Below are positions 45,912 through 54,902 of a stretch of DNA of 64,000 bases, piece after piece (within the stretch, counting starts at the first letter, position 1; each line of letters starts with the position of its first letter). This DNA is from a virus (taxonomy: Duplodnaviria > Caudoviricetes). Under the pieces are notes generated by a model, which had not been told where the DNA came from, did no database searches, and worked only from the letters and a program-made list of their open reading frames with translations. Location: the IMG/VR virus record IMGVR_UViG_3300028840_008186, positions 1 to 64,000 of that record; one strand, given 5' to 3'. The position numbers and the translations under genes are program-made.

Positions 45912-46256
45912 ATGAACAGGTGCGAAGAATGTAATGCAAAACAAAGGTGTTTCAAGTGCGGTAAGAGAATATGCGCTCCTCTTAATCACGACGATCCAAT
46001 CGAATCGACCAATGTAGGGGGCGCGCATGAGCTTGAGAACAGAACATATTGTTCCTATCTGTTCTTGACTATGCTCCCAAACAAAGACGTAGTGCGTTGT
46101 ATATCCGAACCGCACTACGTGAACGAGGGAGGGCACTTTTGCCAAGCTTGCGGTCCCTGCCTGGGGAAATCGTCGAAGCAAGAACAAAAGCCCAGGAGGA
46201 CCAAAAACAGAAAGCCTACGGAGCCAAAAAAGAAGCGGCGTGGGCTTTTATTTTGA
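45912..46256 (+). CDS. Cys-rich Zn-finger protein
   Basis: GGAGGTGAT RBS; CEEC, CFKC, CQAC. Confidence 0.65.
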   Translation: MNRCEECNAKQRCFKCGKRICAPLNHDDPIESTNVGGAHELENRTYCSYLFLTMLPNKDVVRCISEPHYVNEGGHFCQACGPCLGKSSKQEQKPRRTKNRKPTEPKKKRRGLLF

Positions 46257-46270
46257 AAGGAGGTGAGAAT

Positions 46271-46441
46271 ATGACGACCGAGTGGCGGGTTTACCGCAAT
46301 GGTAAGGAGATTGACCGCGTGTTCTTCGATGACGATTGTGATCGCGAATACGTGCGAGATGCTCTGATCAACCATGACAACTACCCCGCAGACATTGAGA
46401 TTCTGCGGACACAACGGCGCAAGGAGGCAGGAAATGGCTAG
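46271..46441 (+). CDS. small hypothetical protein
   Basis: GAAAGGAGGTGA RBS; W.VY.NGKEID.VFF. Confidence 0.7.
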   Translation: MTTEWRVYRNGKEIDRVFFDDDCDREYVRDALINHDNYPADIEILRTQRRKEAGNG

Positions 46442-46682
46442 ATTCTTTGGAGAGATAACTGGTACCAAAGGCGCGAAGGAGAACAAGACTCACACCAGTG
46501 CCGGAACAAACTACGTGAGGGCTCATGTTCGAGGGTGGAAGGTGGGCGTAGAGGTGATCGTAAGACCGCACCTGGACAACGAAGATATGGACATGGTCGA
46601 GGTTTGGCTGACCGGCGGATCGAAGAACTCCAGCCGGAAGAAAAAGATCGGCATGTTCAGCGAGGAGGATATCAAGATATGA
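46434..46682 (+). CDS. hypothetical protein
   Basis: AAGGAGG RBS; GWKVGVEV...V.LTGGS. Confidence 0.7.
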   Translation: MARFFGEITGTKGAKENKTHTSAGTNYVRAHVRGWKVGVEVIVRPHLDNEDMDMVEVWLTGGSKNSSRKKKIGMFSEEDIKI

Positions 46683-47287
46683 AAAAGACTAAGCAAGTGC
46701 CCATCTACGAGTTCGATGAGCTTGAAAAAGCGGCGCAGGACCAAGCAATATGCGACCACATCGAGTTTGTGATTGAAACAGATGATGGAGAAACATCTAC
46801 ATTCTACGATGACTGTATCAAGGAGATGGAGGACTTAAGAACGCCTTGGTTTCTCGGCCAGTGTATATTCGATAAGCATTGGTTTGCGATCGCGGAGTTA
46901 CTTCAGGACAACGATTACTACTTCTACCAGGATGGCAGAGCAGTACCTTCGGAGCTGTGCCCCGATGATGATTCTTGCGAGGCCAATTATCACAGCTATC
47001 GGCTGAGAAACGGGATCAGTCTCACAAGTAAGCCGGATTATGATATGCTCCCGGCAGGGTGCATGATAGGATTGAGAAGCTATTTGGAAGAGGGGATAGC
47101 GCCAGGGCACTTTCTGTACAGCGTTCTCTGCAACGATCTGGTAGGAGCGTTCCAATATGCCGACAAGACCAACCGAAGGCGGATGGCGGACATAATCTCC
47201 TTCTTATGGAACCATATACCCATGAGTGCTTGGGGGACACCGGAAAAAGTAGACACATGGCTGAAGAGCTTTTCCTGGACGTACTAG
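46679..47287 (+). CDS. two-domain hypothetical phage protein
   Basis: Y.FDEL...AQ..AI N-domain; PGHFL.SVL.NDL..A...AD...P..AWG..EKV..W C-domain. Confidence 0.75.
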   Translation: MKKTKQVPIYEFDELEKAAQDQAICDHIEFVIETDDGETSTFYDDCIKEMEDLRTPWFLGQCIFDKHWFAIAELLQDNDYYFYQDGRAVPSELCPDDDSCEANYHSYRLRNGISLTSKPDYDMLPAGCMIGLRSYLEEGIAPGHFLYSVLCNDLVGAFQYADKTNRRRMADIISFLWNHIPMSAWGTPEKVDTWLKSFSWTY

Positions 47288-47300
47288 GAAGGAGGAAGAA

Positions 47301-47936
47301 ATGAGAGCAATCAATATGCCGGAGTATCCAGGCGAAGCAGGAGTCTCAACAATTCTCAACGAGGAAAACCGCATAGTATTCGCCTGGATACGACACAATG
47401 AGAGCCCGGAGAATCCGTTGGAGGATTGGGATTGTATAGGATCGATTCACAGTCTAGGACATAGGCTGATATCCTATGACCCCGATACAATCGAGGAAAA
47501 CAGGGACAACCCGGACGCGATCCCGTTGAGCTATTTTGAGCACGGCCTATGTATGTGGGGCGTAGCCGGAACAATGGACGGCATGCCCGACTTCCGATGG
47601 GACGGGGTGGACTTTGCTGGGATATGGCTCCCGGATGAATGCATCCTGGACGAAGCAAAAGGGATGGTGGGAGACTTCAGGCGTTCGTTTATGAAGAAAC
47701 GCGCCGACCATGCTTGCCGCGCGTACACGCATTGGTGCAACGGCGATATATGGTGCGTCGAGTTGAGGGTCTACCAATTGGATTGGTACGACGATGACAC
47801 GCCTATCCAATCTCTCCAGTACTACGAGGACTCTCCAGACGAAGTGCTCCTGTTCGAAGACGTATGCTGCGGCTTCTACGGGTGGGAGGAAGCAGAGATA
47901 AACTTGAAGGACAGCTGGGAATCATACGCGCGATAG
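47301..47936 (+). CDS. acidic hypothetical phage protein
   Basis: NP.EDWD, YFEHG, W.NG.IW, CCGFYG motifs; RBS. Confidence 0.75.
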   Translation: MRAINMPEYPGEAGVSTILNEENRIVFAWIRHNESPENPLEDWDCIGSIHSLGHRLISYDPDTIEENRDNPDAIPLSYFEHGLCMWGVAGTMDGMPDFRWDGVDFAGIWLPDECILDEAKGMVGDFRRSFMKKRADHACRAYTHWCNGDIWCVELRVYQLDWYDDDTPIQSLQYYEDSPDEVLLFEDVCCGFYGWEEAEINLKDSWESYAR

Positions 47937-47988
47937 ATCCTTGACCCTGCTCATCGAGCGATCGGTGGGCAGGACTGAGGGATTTATC
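47932..47988 (+). promoter_or_regulatory. long imperfect RNA hairpin (RNase III-site-like)
   Basis: GATAGATCCTT..CCTGCTCATCGA-GCGA-TCGGTGGGCAGG..AGGGATTTATC. Confidence 0.55.
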
Positions 47989-48010
47989 CCCAGAAAGGAG
48001 GTGAGAGAAT

Positions 48011-48415
48011 ATGAGCAGATCCTATATCAAGAAGGAAGTAGCAGAGATTCTTGGAGTTGAGCGGCACACGATCCAATATTACACCGACCGGGGCCTTATC
48101 AACCCGGATGTTCATGCTCCCAAAGGACGAGGCAAGTGGCGAAGATATAGCAAATACAATATCTTCGAGGCAGCGTTGCTTCGCCGATTAAATGAGGCAA
48201 GAGTCACTTTGGAAGACGGAAAGTTTGTATTAGGACGACTGAGGGCCGGGTGCGCCAACGAGTCCCTAATGAACTTATGCTATTGGAAGTCACCATGGAT
48301 GTTAGTACTACATGGGCACGGAGTCGGCTTGGTAGCTGAGATTACCATGAGCCGACAATTACACATGCGCGGCGTCAGCTGCTTAGTAATAAAATTGGGC
48401 GGTTTGAAGTTTTGA
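48011..48415 (+). CDS. MerR-family HTH transcriptional regulator
   Basis: Y..KEVAEILGV..HTIQYY..RGLI.P.....GRG..RRYS. Confidence 0.85.
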   Translation: MSRSYIKKEVAEILGVERHTIQYYTDRGLINPDVHAPKGRGKWRRYSKYNIFEAALLRRLNEARVTLEDGKFVLGRLRAGCANESLMNLCYWKSPWMLVLHGHGVGLVAEITMSRQLHMRGVSCLVIKLGGLKF

Positions 48416-48431
48416 AAGGAGGTGAGAGAAT

Positions 48432-48716
48432 ATGAGCAGAGACAAGCGGATAAGGTATGGGATCGATGAAGAAACAGGGATCATCGTTTCGCAGAATCTC
48501 CAGACCGGAGAGATCTGCTGGCCGACAATAGACTTCAGCGCGATGATCCCGGATGATGGCTTCGCTTTCAAGTGGAGCATGGGCGAACCGTTGAAGCCTT
48601 TAGACTTAGCCGGATTTGAAGTCCATTGGACTCGCAAGATCCCAACGAAGTACAAAAACATTCACAGGGAGTATTGGGGAATGAAACCCCTGCCTATTCC
48701 CAGAAAGGAGGCTTAA
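48432..48716 (+). CDS. hypothetical protein
   Basis: RBS/start region identical to that of the MerR gene. Confidence 0.7.
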   Translation: MSRDKRIRYGIDEETGIIVSQNLQTGEICWPTIDFSAMIPDDGFAFKWSMGEPLKPLDLAGFEVHWTRKIPTKYKNIHREYWGMKPLPIPRKEA

Positions 48717-48717
48717 G

Positions 48718-49254
48718 ATGGGAGAGACTGAGTATGCGGGAATCAACTATGCCCCCGGCAGGATCACTAATATCGATCTTGAAACAGGGATTCGATATGG
48801 CGTGATTCCTTTCCAGGAACTAGGACAGGTCTGGTTCGATGAGAGCGAACCTTATTATGAAGAGCCCTGCTGTCCTGAATGCGGCTTCCCTATTTCAGAT
48901 CGAGAAGAGGGCACTGTATGTCCGCAATGCAAACACGAAGTAGAGGATGGGGAATTCGACTTTGAAGAACCAACCTCTTTCTTCATCGACAACGAGGAGA
49001 TCAGCGCGGAGCAACCCAATGACAATACTGATATATGGGTACTGAAAAGTAAGTATTTCACATACGCTCAGTTCTGCTCGCCCTGCGCCCCGGGAGCATG
49101 TTATCTGATGAGTTGGCTGGCAGAGGATGCCCGAACGGACGGCAATAAAGCCTATTGTTTCGGGCACGATTGGTTTGAGGACGGGAAAGCTCCATATCCG
49201 GTCTTCGATGTCGAAACAGGAGAGGAGGTGAAACCGAATGACGATACCGAGTGA
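48718..49254 (+). CDS. acidic Zn-binding hypothetical protein
   Basis: TNID.ETGIRYGVI; CPEC..CPQC; FCSPCAPGA. Confidence 0.75.
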   Translation: MGETEYAGINYAPGRITNIDLETGIRYGVIPFQELGQVWFDESEPYYEEPCCPECGFPISDREEGTVCPQCKHEVEDGEFDFEEPTSFFIDNEEISAEQPNDNTDIWVLKSKYFTYAQFCSPCAPGACYLMSWLAEDARTDGNKAYCFGHDWFEDGKAPYPVFDVETGEEVKPNDDTE

Positions 49255-49510
49255 TGGATTCATGGACGGAGGCGAACCTTATACAGAAGAGGAGATGGAA
49301 CTTATGGAGAGAGAAGAAGCAAGAAAGCCAACTGTAGTACTAGACGATGGGAATGCGCTGGCGGTTATAGGCCGATGCGCCAAGGCGCTCCACCGAGCTG
49401 GCTATAGCAAGGAGGAGGTAGACAAGTTCCGAGAGGAGGCTCTCTCAGGAGACTACGACAACGTACTACAAACCGCTATGAAATGGTGTAACGTGGAAAT
49501 GAGCGATTAG
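49238..49510 (+). CDS. conserved small phage protein
   Basis: DGNA.AVIG....AL.RAG...EE...F..EA.SGDYD..L. Confidence 0.75.
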   Translation: MTIPSDGFMDGGEPYTEEEMELMEREEARKPTVVLDDGNALAVIGRCAKALHRAGYSKEEVDKFREEALSGDYDNVLQTAMKWCNVEMSD

Positions 49511-49513
49511 GAG

Positions 49514-49729
49514 GTGAAAATGGAATATCCAAAATCCAAACCAAAACTCTACGAGTGCTGTAGGTGCGGCCATCAACAGATGATCGCAACGAACCACTAC
49601 GGCCAGTGCTGGAGCACTAAGGGGTGGAACGAGTGCCCCAAGTGCCCTCCCTGGGCTAAAAAAGCTAAATATGGCGGCCAGACTGTGTGGTTCTGTGTGG
49701 AGGATCCGCCGGAGGAGGTGAGCGAATGA
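49514..49729 (+). CDS. small zinc-ribbon protein
   Basis: YECCRCGH...TNHYG...CPKC. Confidence 0.65.
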   Translation: MKMEYPKSKPKLYECCRCGHQQMIATNHYGQCWSTKGWNECPKCPPWAKKAKYGGQTVWFCVEDPPEEVSE

Positions 49730-50028
49730 AAGTCAGGGTTCATTGGATCGTGTCGGGCGAAATAGAGATGGCCGACGATATCGAAGCGATGGGGCTGAAG
49801 AAGCTCGAAGACATCCTCGACTATGTACCGGAAGTCTGGGCGGTGAAGAAAGAGATCGCCAGGACCTTCACTTCAGAAGTCGAATTGCTAGAAGTATTAG
49901 ACACTAACGGGGTTCCCAGGATCACCTTCGACTTCTCCCCAGCTGCAATACAACTCTATGAAGGGAGGAAACCGAATGATAAGTCGAGAAGAACAATGCG
50001 AAAGAGCGATCCGCACTCTATTGGATAG
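49726..50028 (+). CDS. hypothetical protein
   Basis: ATGA coupling, GGAGGTGA RBS. Confidence 0.6.
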   Translation: MKVRVHWIVSGEIEMADDIEAMGLKKLEDILDYVPEVWAVKKEIARTFTSEVELLEVLDTNGVPRITFDFSPAAIQLYEGRKPNDKSRRTMRKSDPHSIG

Positions 50029-50653
50029 AGCGGATTCCGCTCATACTGAGTGGGAGCTGGATGTATATCCGAGCTGTTCCGAGCCCGGATATGACGATGT
50101 TCCGGTTCTTACCGCGAACTGGAACAACGTACCGTCAAAGCTATTTGACTGGCTGGAGCGGAAGTTCGACTTATGCAACGATGATAGGCTATTGTTCCTC
50201 GGATGGTGCGACGAATGGATAAGATGCTCACACTGCAGGAGCGCTGTACGAGAATCACCGGACAGCTACGGCTGGCTGCCGTCCTACGTGTGGGTATCAG
50301 ATTGCGAGATCCTATGCCTGCATTGTTGCGATAGCGAAGACTTCCAAGAGGAGGTCATCGAATGGTATGCCAACAATCCTCGTATGGCGCTGGGACCGGA
50401 ATGGGATAATATCTTGGAGGACCGGGGCTTTGAATGCGCTACTGAGGACGATCGTGCGTGCCCTCGGTACGAAACCGGCCTCCACCCAGGGCAAGACGAT
50501 GATCCCAAAGAGGTCTTCGCCCAGCTGAAGAAACGGTTTGAGAAGGTATGGGATCGAACCCAAATCATCTTCATCATGAAATCCAAAGGGCAGTTCGATC
50601 TTGACTGGGGCGTATATTACCGAGTACTTGAAGAGGAGGAAGGCAATGATTAA
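49976..50653 (+). CDS. acidic hypothetical phage protein
   Basis: EPGY..ANWN; W.DEW..C..C; P.SYGW.P; YETG.HPGQ.DDP; GQFD. Confidence 0.75.
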   Translation: MISREEQCERAIRTLLDRADSAHTEWELDVYPSCSEPGYDDVPVLTANWNNVPSKLFDWLERKFDLCNDDRLLFLGWCDEWIRCSHCRSAVRESPDSYGWLPSYVWVSDCEILCLHCCDSEDFQEEVIEWYANNPRMALGPEWDNILEDRGFECATEDDRACPRYETGLHPGQDDDPKEVFAQLKKRFEKVWDRTQIIFIMKSKGQFDLDWGVYYRVLEEEEGND

Positions 50654-51161
50654 AGGCGGCACTGAAATCAGTCAGAAGTACGGAGAGGCTTGGGAATCAT
50701 TGAATCCAGGCGAACGGTGCTCCTTCGAAGACTTCGCAGAACTAGCGGAGCTGGATATCAATGACAAGAAAACCAAAACTCGCTTGTACTCCTTTTTTGC
50801 ACGACTCCGCAAGCACGGCAGAGTGAAAAAGGAAGGCCATGAGTTTGTCAAGCTCGAAAGCAGCAAAACCATATACAAAACCCAAACTAAAAAGGACGTG
50901 GAGAAATACCAATTCACTATGTTCGAGCTGGGCGAAGCGGTGATGGAATTTATTAAAAACCTCAAATTGGAGATTTCGGCTCTGAAACGGCAGAGTGACG
51001 AGTACGAAAGAGAACTTTCGGAGCAATCATCGGAACTGCATCAGCTCCAAGGAGAATTGAGCGCAGCCAAGAGCAAGATCCACGAGCTGAATAATCGTCA
51101 ATTCAACGGCAAGAAAGCTTCACTGCATGATCTACAAGAGTCTTTGAGAGGAGGTGTATAA
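50646..51161 (+). CDS. wHTH-like + coiled-coil protein
   Basis: N-terminal ..ARLRKHGRVKK.G; heptad C-terminus. Confidence 0.65.
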   Translation: MIKGGTEISQKYGEAWESLNPGERCSFEDFAELAELDINDKKTKTRLYSFFARLRKHGRVKKEGHEFVKLESSKTIYKTQTKKDVEKYQFTMFELGEAVMEFIKNLKLEISALKRQSDEYERELSEQSSELHQLQGELSAAKSKIHELNNRQFNGKKASLHDLQESLRGGV

Positions 51162-51167
51162 ACAGAA

Positions 51168-51389
51168 ATGGCATTGACAGTAGACGGTATGACCTTTCAT
51201 TTAACCAAACACGCTGTAAAACGGTATGCCCAACGTATTGGCCCCTATGAAAATGAGGAGGAGATTATCAGGAATTGCCTCAACGGGCTTCCAGATCACG
51301 AACCGGTCTGGGAGCCCCACCGGTTCAAAAAGGGCTTGGTACTGAAGTCGGTTGTACCTAACAACAAAGCACGCAAACTCTACTATTGA
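51168..51389 (+). CDS. small protein with toxin/RNase-like HA..RY..RI motif
   Basis: LTKHAVKRYAQRI. Confidence 0.55.
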   Translation: MALTVDGMTFHLTKHAVKRYAQRIGPYENEEEIIRNCLNGLPDHEPVWEPHRFKKGLVLKSVVPNNKARKLYY

Positions 51390-51401
51390 GAGGAGGATAT
51401 C

Positions 51402-51701
51402 ATGGAAGAAACCAAAGACATCTGCCGGTACTCGGCAAGCAAAAGAGTCAAATTAACTACCAGAATCATTGCTATCGATGAGTACGAAGCTGAAACCATA
51501 GCGGACAGTCTGGACAGCGGCGATTGGGAGGAGGAGGAAGAGATTGACGGCCCCATGGTGTTTGATCAGGAAACGATTGCTGCTGTTACCATCGCATGGG
51601 ACGAGCAATCGCTGGACCGTCGCCATGAAATATCCGAGCATACCTGGAAAGAGATCGTGGGTCTTATTTGCAAGGAATTTAACATAGTAATAGACTACTA
51701 A
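51402..51701 (+). CDS. acidic hypothetical protein
   Basis: GAGGAGG RBS. Confidence 0.7.
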   Translation: MEETKDICRYSASKRVKLTTRIIAIDEYEAETIADSLDSGDWEEEEEIDGPMVFDQETIAAVTIAWDEQSLDRRHEISEHTWKEIVGLICKEFNIVIDY

Positions 51702-51713
51702 GGAGGTGAAATT

Positions 51714-52055
51714 ATGACAAAGAAAGACCAAGAGAGATTGATCAATTTGAAGATCAAAAAGAAGCGCCTTGAGGAGCAAATCAAGGGACTCGAGGCCGTT
51801 GCAATGAACGAGGAATACGATGAAATCGTAGGCGCCAACGGGAAAGTACAGCTCCAGGCCCGAAAGAATTACAAGATCCCTTCCAATGTGCCCATAATTG
51901 ATTACATGGGACAAAACGCCTTCAACGAGAGGGCCAAAATATCCGCCTCCGAAATCACCAAGGCTATTGGGGAGGAAGGATTTGACGAACTATTGATCGA
52001 AGGCGCAGTGCTTAAAGGGAAAGACACCCGGTATTATAAACTCACCGAATTCTAA
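51714..52055 (+). CDS. hypothetical protein
   Basis: AAGGAGGTGA RBS. Confidence 0.7.
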   Translation: MTKKDQERLINLKIKKKRLEEQIKGLEAVAMNEEYDEIVGANGKVQLQARKNYKIPSNVPIIDYMGQNAFNERAKISASEITKAIGEEGFDELLIEGAVLKGKDTRYYKLTEF

Positions 52056-52068
52056 TAGTGAGCCACGG

Positions 52069-52172
52069 ATGGTAAGGGGTTGTTATCTTTTATAATAAAA
52101 ATAGTAGACATAGGCCACGGATTTCGATATGCTACGCGGGCTGCTTTACTAAGAGGTTCAACCCCTTACCAT
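52069..52172 (+). promoter_or_regulatory. structured intergenic element closed by a perfect 14-bp inverted repeat
   Basis: ATGGTAAGGGGTTG / CAACCCCTTACCAT; inner GTAG.CATA/TATGCTAC stem. Confidence 0.6.
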
Positions 52173-52194
52173 TTTAGGAAAGGAGGATCAATGC

Positions 52195-52662
52195 ATGGTA
52201 GAAGACTATCAATGGCTGGTGGAAAAATATTCCAGCAAATTTGCAGCAGTTTCTAACCTAAGCCAAACCGAATTGAAGCAACAAGGCTTCCTCATACTCC
52301 TGGAGGCCGCAGCTTCCTGGGATCCCGCAAAAGGATCTCTTCCTTCCAGACTCAAGTACAGACTAGCCACCGGACTTCATAATTATACCAAGAAGTATTA
52401 CACACAGCAAACAAACCAAATCTCCTACGAAGACATAAGCCCAACGGATGAATATAATCCGGAACGGCTGTGCATCTTCAAAGAGGCGTACAGCGCCTTG
52501 TCCCAAAACGCTAAGTTGGCCATGCTGCTGCTGATGGAGGAAGTGGACACATCCGTCCCTCCCTTACAAGTGCGAGGTCTTTTGGTCGAAGCGTTACACA
52601 ACTATATGGGAAAAGGCAAAGCGTGGCACACCTTGAAAGAACTGAAAGCATTAGCACAATAG
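52195..52662 (+). CDS. sigma70 region-2-like protein (phage sigma factor)
   Basis: Y..LV......F.....ELKQQGFLILLEAA.SWDP.KGS. Confidence 0.7.
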   Translation: MVEDYQWLVEKYSSKFAAVSNLSQTELKQQGFLILLEAAASWDPAKGSLPSRLKYRLATGLHNYTKKYYTQQTNQISYEDISPTDEYNPERLCIFKEAYSALSQNAKLAMLLLMEEVDTSVPPLQVRGLLVEALHNYMGKGKAWHTLKELKALAQ

Positions 52663-52672
52663 GAGGAGCAAA

Positions 52673-54616
52673 TTGAACTCATCTGAAATAAAGCAGCGGA
52701 TAAAGGATGACGATCTATTTGCTATCGGTGCCCTGCTCCGACTTCATCAATTCCAAACTCCCGACGAGCAGTTGCAGAAAACAACAGCTTATGACAACGG
52801 TATAGGATTCAACGCTTTTGACGCTGGGATATTGAGCGATATAGCTGAATTCTATTTGAGGAGAGGCCGTCTGTCTCCTAAACAATTGAAGCTTATCAAG
52901 CCTAAACTGTATAAGTACAGCGACCAATTGGCATCAGTCGGCGGCGCGGAACCGGTGAAAGAATTTAACAAAGAAGAGGAGCAGAAAAGCAAACGCACTA
53001 CCAAGAAGAAATACGTGGTAGAAATGGACGAGGAATTGAAGATCATATTCCCCTACGATCCCGACATAGTGGCCAGAATCCGCACTATACCCGGACGGCG
53101 CTATGTAAAAGAGGAGAGGTCTTGGATTGTTCCAAAAACTGTTAGCGCCATAACCGTGCTGGTAGAGGAGTGCTTCGATATCTCCGACGAATTGAACGAA
53201 TGGTGGGAGTCCTACAAGAATGTGAAGGAACTGGACCCCAACTCGATCGAGATTGAAGGATTCAAGACCGAGCTTTATCCATTTCAGAAACAAGGCGTTG
53301 CGTTCATTGAGTCCCGCGAGGGAAAGGCACTGATAGCAGATGACATGGGCCTTGGGAAAACCATACAGGCGCTGGCGTGGTTGCATATTCATACAGAAAT
53401 CAGACCAGCGTTGATAGTGGTCCCAGCTTCCGTTAAGTTGAACTGGCGGAAAGAGGCCCTGCGATTTATGGACCCTGAACCGGGCATTTCTATACTGCAA
53501 GGAAAGACCCCGGACCCCTATGACGTAGGGGATGATATTGTTATTATTAACTATGACATCGTGCACGACTGGCGCGACGTGCTATTGGAAAAGCCTTTCA
53601 AAGCACTGATCCTCGACGAAGCCCACCGTACCAAAAACCCCAAGGCGTTACGATCGGCTGCAGTCATGCGGCTTGCCCGAAAGATCGACAATGTAATAGC
53701 CTTGACGGGCACCCCTATCTTGAACCGACCTATCGAAATCTTCAACTGCCTCAAAATGCTCCGACCGGCTATGTTCAAATCCCAATGGGCGTTCGCAAAA
53801 AGATATTGCGATCTTCGCCATAATGGGTTTGGATGGGAGATGAATGGAGCGACTAACAAAGAAGAACTCCATAAAATCCTAGCCGAGGAAGTAATGATCC
53901 GGCGGATGAAGACTGAGGTACTGACCGAGCTCCCGGACAAGCAACGCATACCGATGCCGGTAGAGATCGACAATACCAAAGAATATCGCAGAGCTGAAAT
54001 GAACTTCATCGCGTACCTTCAAGACATCGATCCAAAGAAAGCATCTTCAGCCGCTAGAGCGCAAGTGTTAGCCGAGATAGAAGGCCTGAAACAACTGGCG
54101 CTCGCTGGGAAGATTAAAGAATGCATTAAGTGGATCGATGACTTTCTGGAAGATAGTGAGGAGAAGCTAGTGATATTCGCGGTCCACCACAGTGCTGTAG
54201 ACCGACTGATGGAAGCCTACGGGCACAAAGCTGTGAAAATAGACGGACGGATCGCGCAAAGTAAACGCCAAGATATCGTTGATAAGTTCCAAGAAGACCC
54301 CGACACCCGGCTATTCGTCGGGAATATTCAGGCGGCTGGTGAGGGTATTACTCTGACCTCCGCCTCGAATTGCGTATTCATCGAACTGCCCTGGACGCCA
54401 GGAGCCCTGGAACAAGCATCCGACCGTATTCATAGAATAGGCCAAGAAGCCGACAGTGTGAATATATACTACCTGATCGCGGAAGGCACAATTGAAGAAC
54501 GAATGATGCGAGTATTGGATGCTAAACGAAGGGTAATTCAAGAGGTTGTAGACGGCCTGTCTCAGGACGATCAAGAATCAACCCTAGCTGCCTTGCTGGA
54601 GGAATATCGTGGATAA
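52673..54616 (+). CDS. SNF2-family helicase (HARP/SMARCAL1-like)
   Basis: ADDMGLGKT, LDEAH, LTGTP..NRP, AGEGITLT, QA.DRIHRIGQ. Confidence 0.93.
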   Translation: MNSSEIKQRIKDDDLFAIGALLRLHQFQTPDEQLQKTTAYDNGIGFNAFDAGILSDIAEFYLRRGRLSPKQLKLIKPKLYKYSDQLASVGGAEPVKEFNKEEEQKSKRTTKKKYVVEMDEELKIIFPYDPDIVARIRTIPGRRYVKEERSWIVPKTVSAITVLVEECFDISDELNEWWESYKNVKELDPNSIEIEGFKTELYPFQKQGVAFIESREGKALIADDMGLGKTIQALAWLHIHTEIRPALIVVPASVKLNWRKEALRFMDPEPGISILQGKTPDPYDVGDDIVIINYDIVHDWRDVLLEKPFKALILDEAHRTKNPKALRSAAVMRLARKIDNVIALTGTPILNRPIEIFNCLKMLRPAMFKSQWAFAKRYCDLRHNGFGWEMNGATNKEELHKILAEEVMIRRMKTEVLTELPDKQRIPMPVEIDNTKEYRRAEMNFIAYLQDIDPKKASSAARAQVLAEIEGLKQLALAGKIKECIKWIDDFLEDSEEKLVIFAVHHSAVDRLMEAYGHKAVKIDGRIAQSKRQDIVDKFQEDPDTRLFVGNIQAAGEGITLTSASNCVFIELPWTPGALEQASDRIHRIGQEADSVNIYYLIAEGTIEERMMRVLDAKRRVIQEVVDGLSQDDQESTLAALLEEYRG

Positions 54617-54902
54617 AAAACGAGCTGTCCAACTCCGGCGATCCGGAGACGTGTTCAAGATGAGATTCGACGGTGTGAAATCCGGGCATAAGTTGGCCCG
54701 GATTAAGCACCTGGATGCAAAAACCCTGAAGGCCCGGGTAGAATACCCAGAAGGTCCCTTCAATTCAGAATACCCTTGGATCCGCTACCCTCTGCATATG
54801 ATAGAAGAAGTTGAAGAACGAATTCCACTTTATTCCACTTCTAACGACATGCCTAGTAGACGAACCAGGGTAAATGGAAAAAAGCCAAGACGCACAAAAT
54901 GA
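54609..54902 (+). CDS. hypothetical protein
   Basis: GGAGG + GTG, coupled. Confidence 0.55.
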   Translation: MDKKRAVQLRRSGDVFKMRFDGVKSGHKLARIKHLDAKTLKARVEYPEGPFNSEYPWIRYPLHMIEEVEERIPLYSTSNDMPSRRTRVNGKKPRRTK

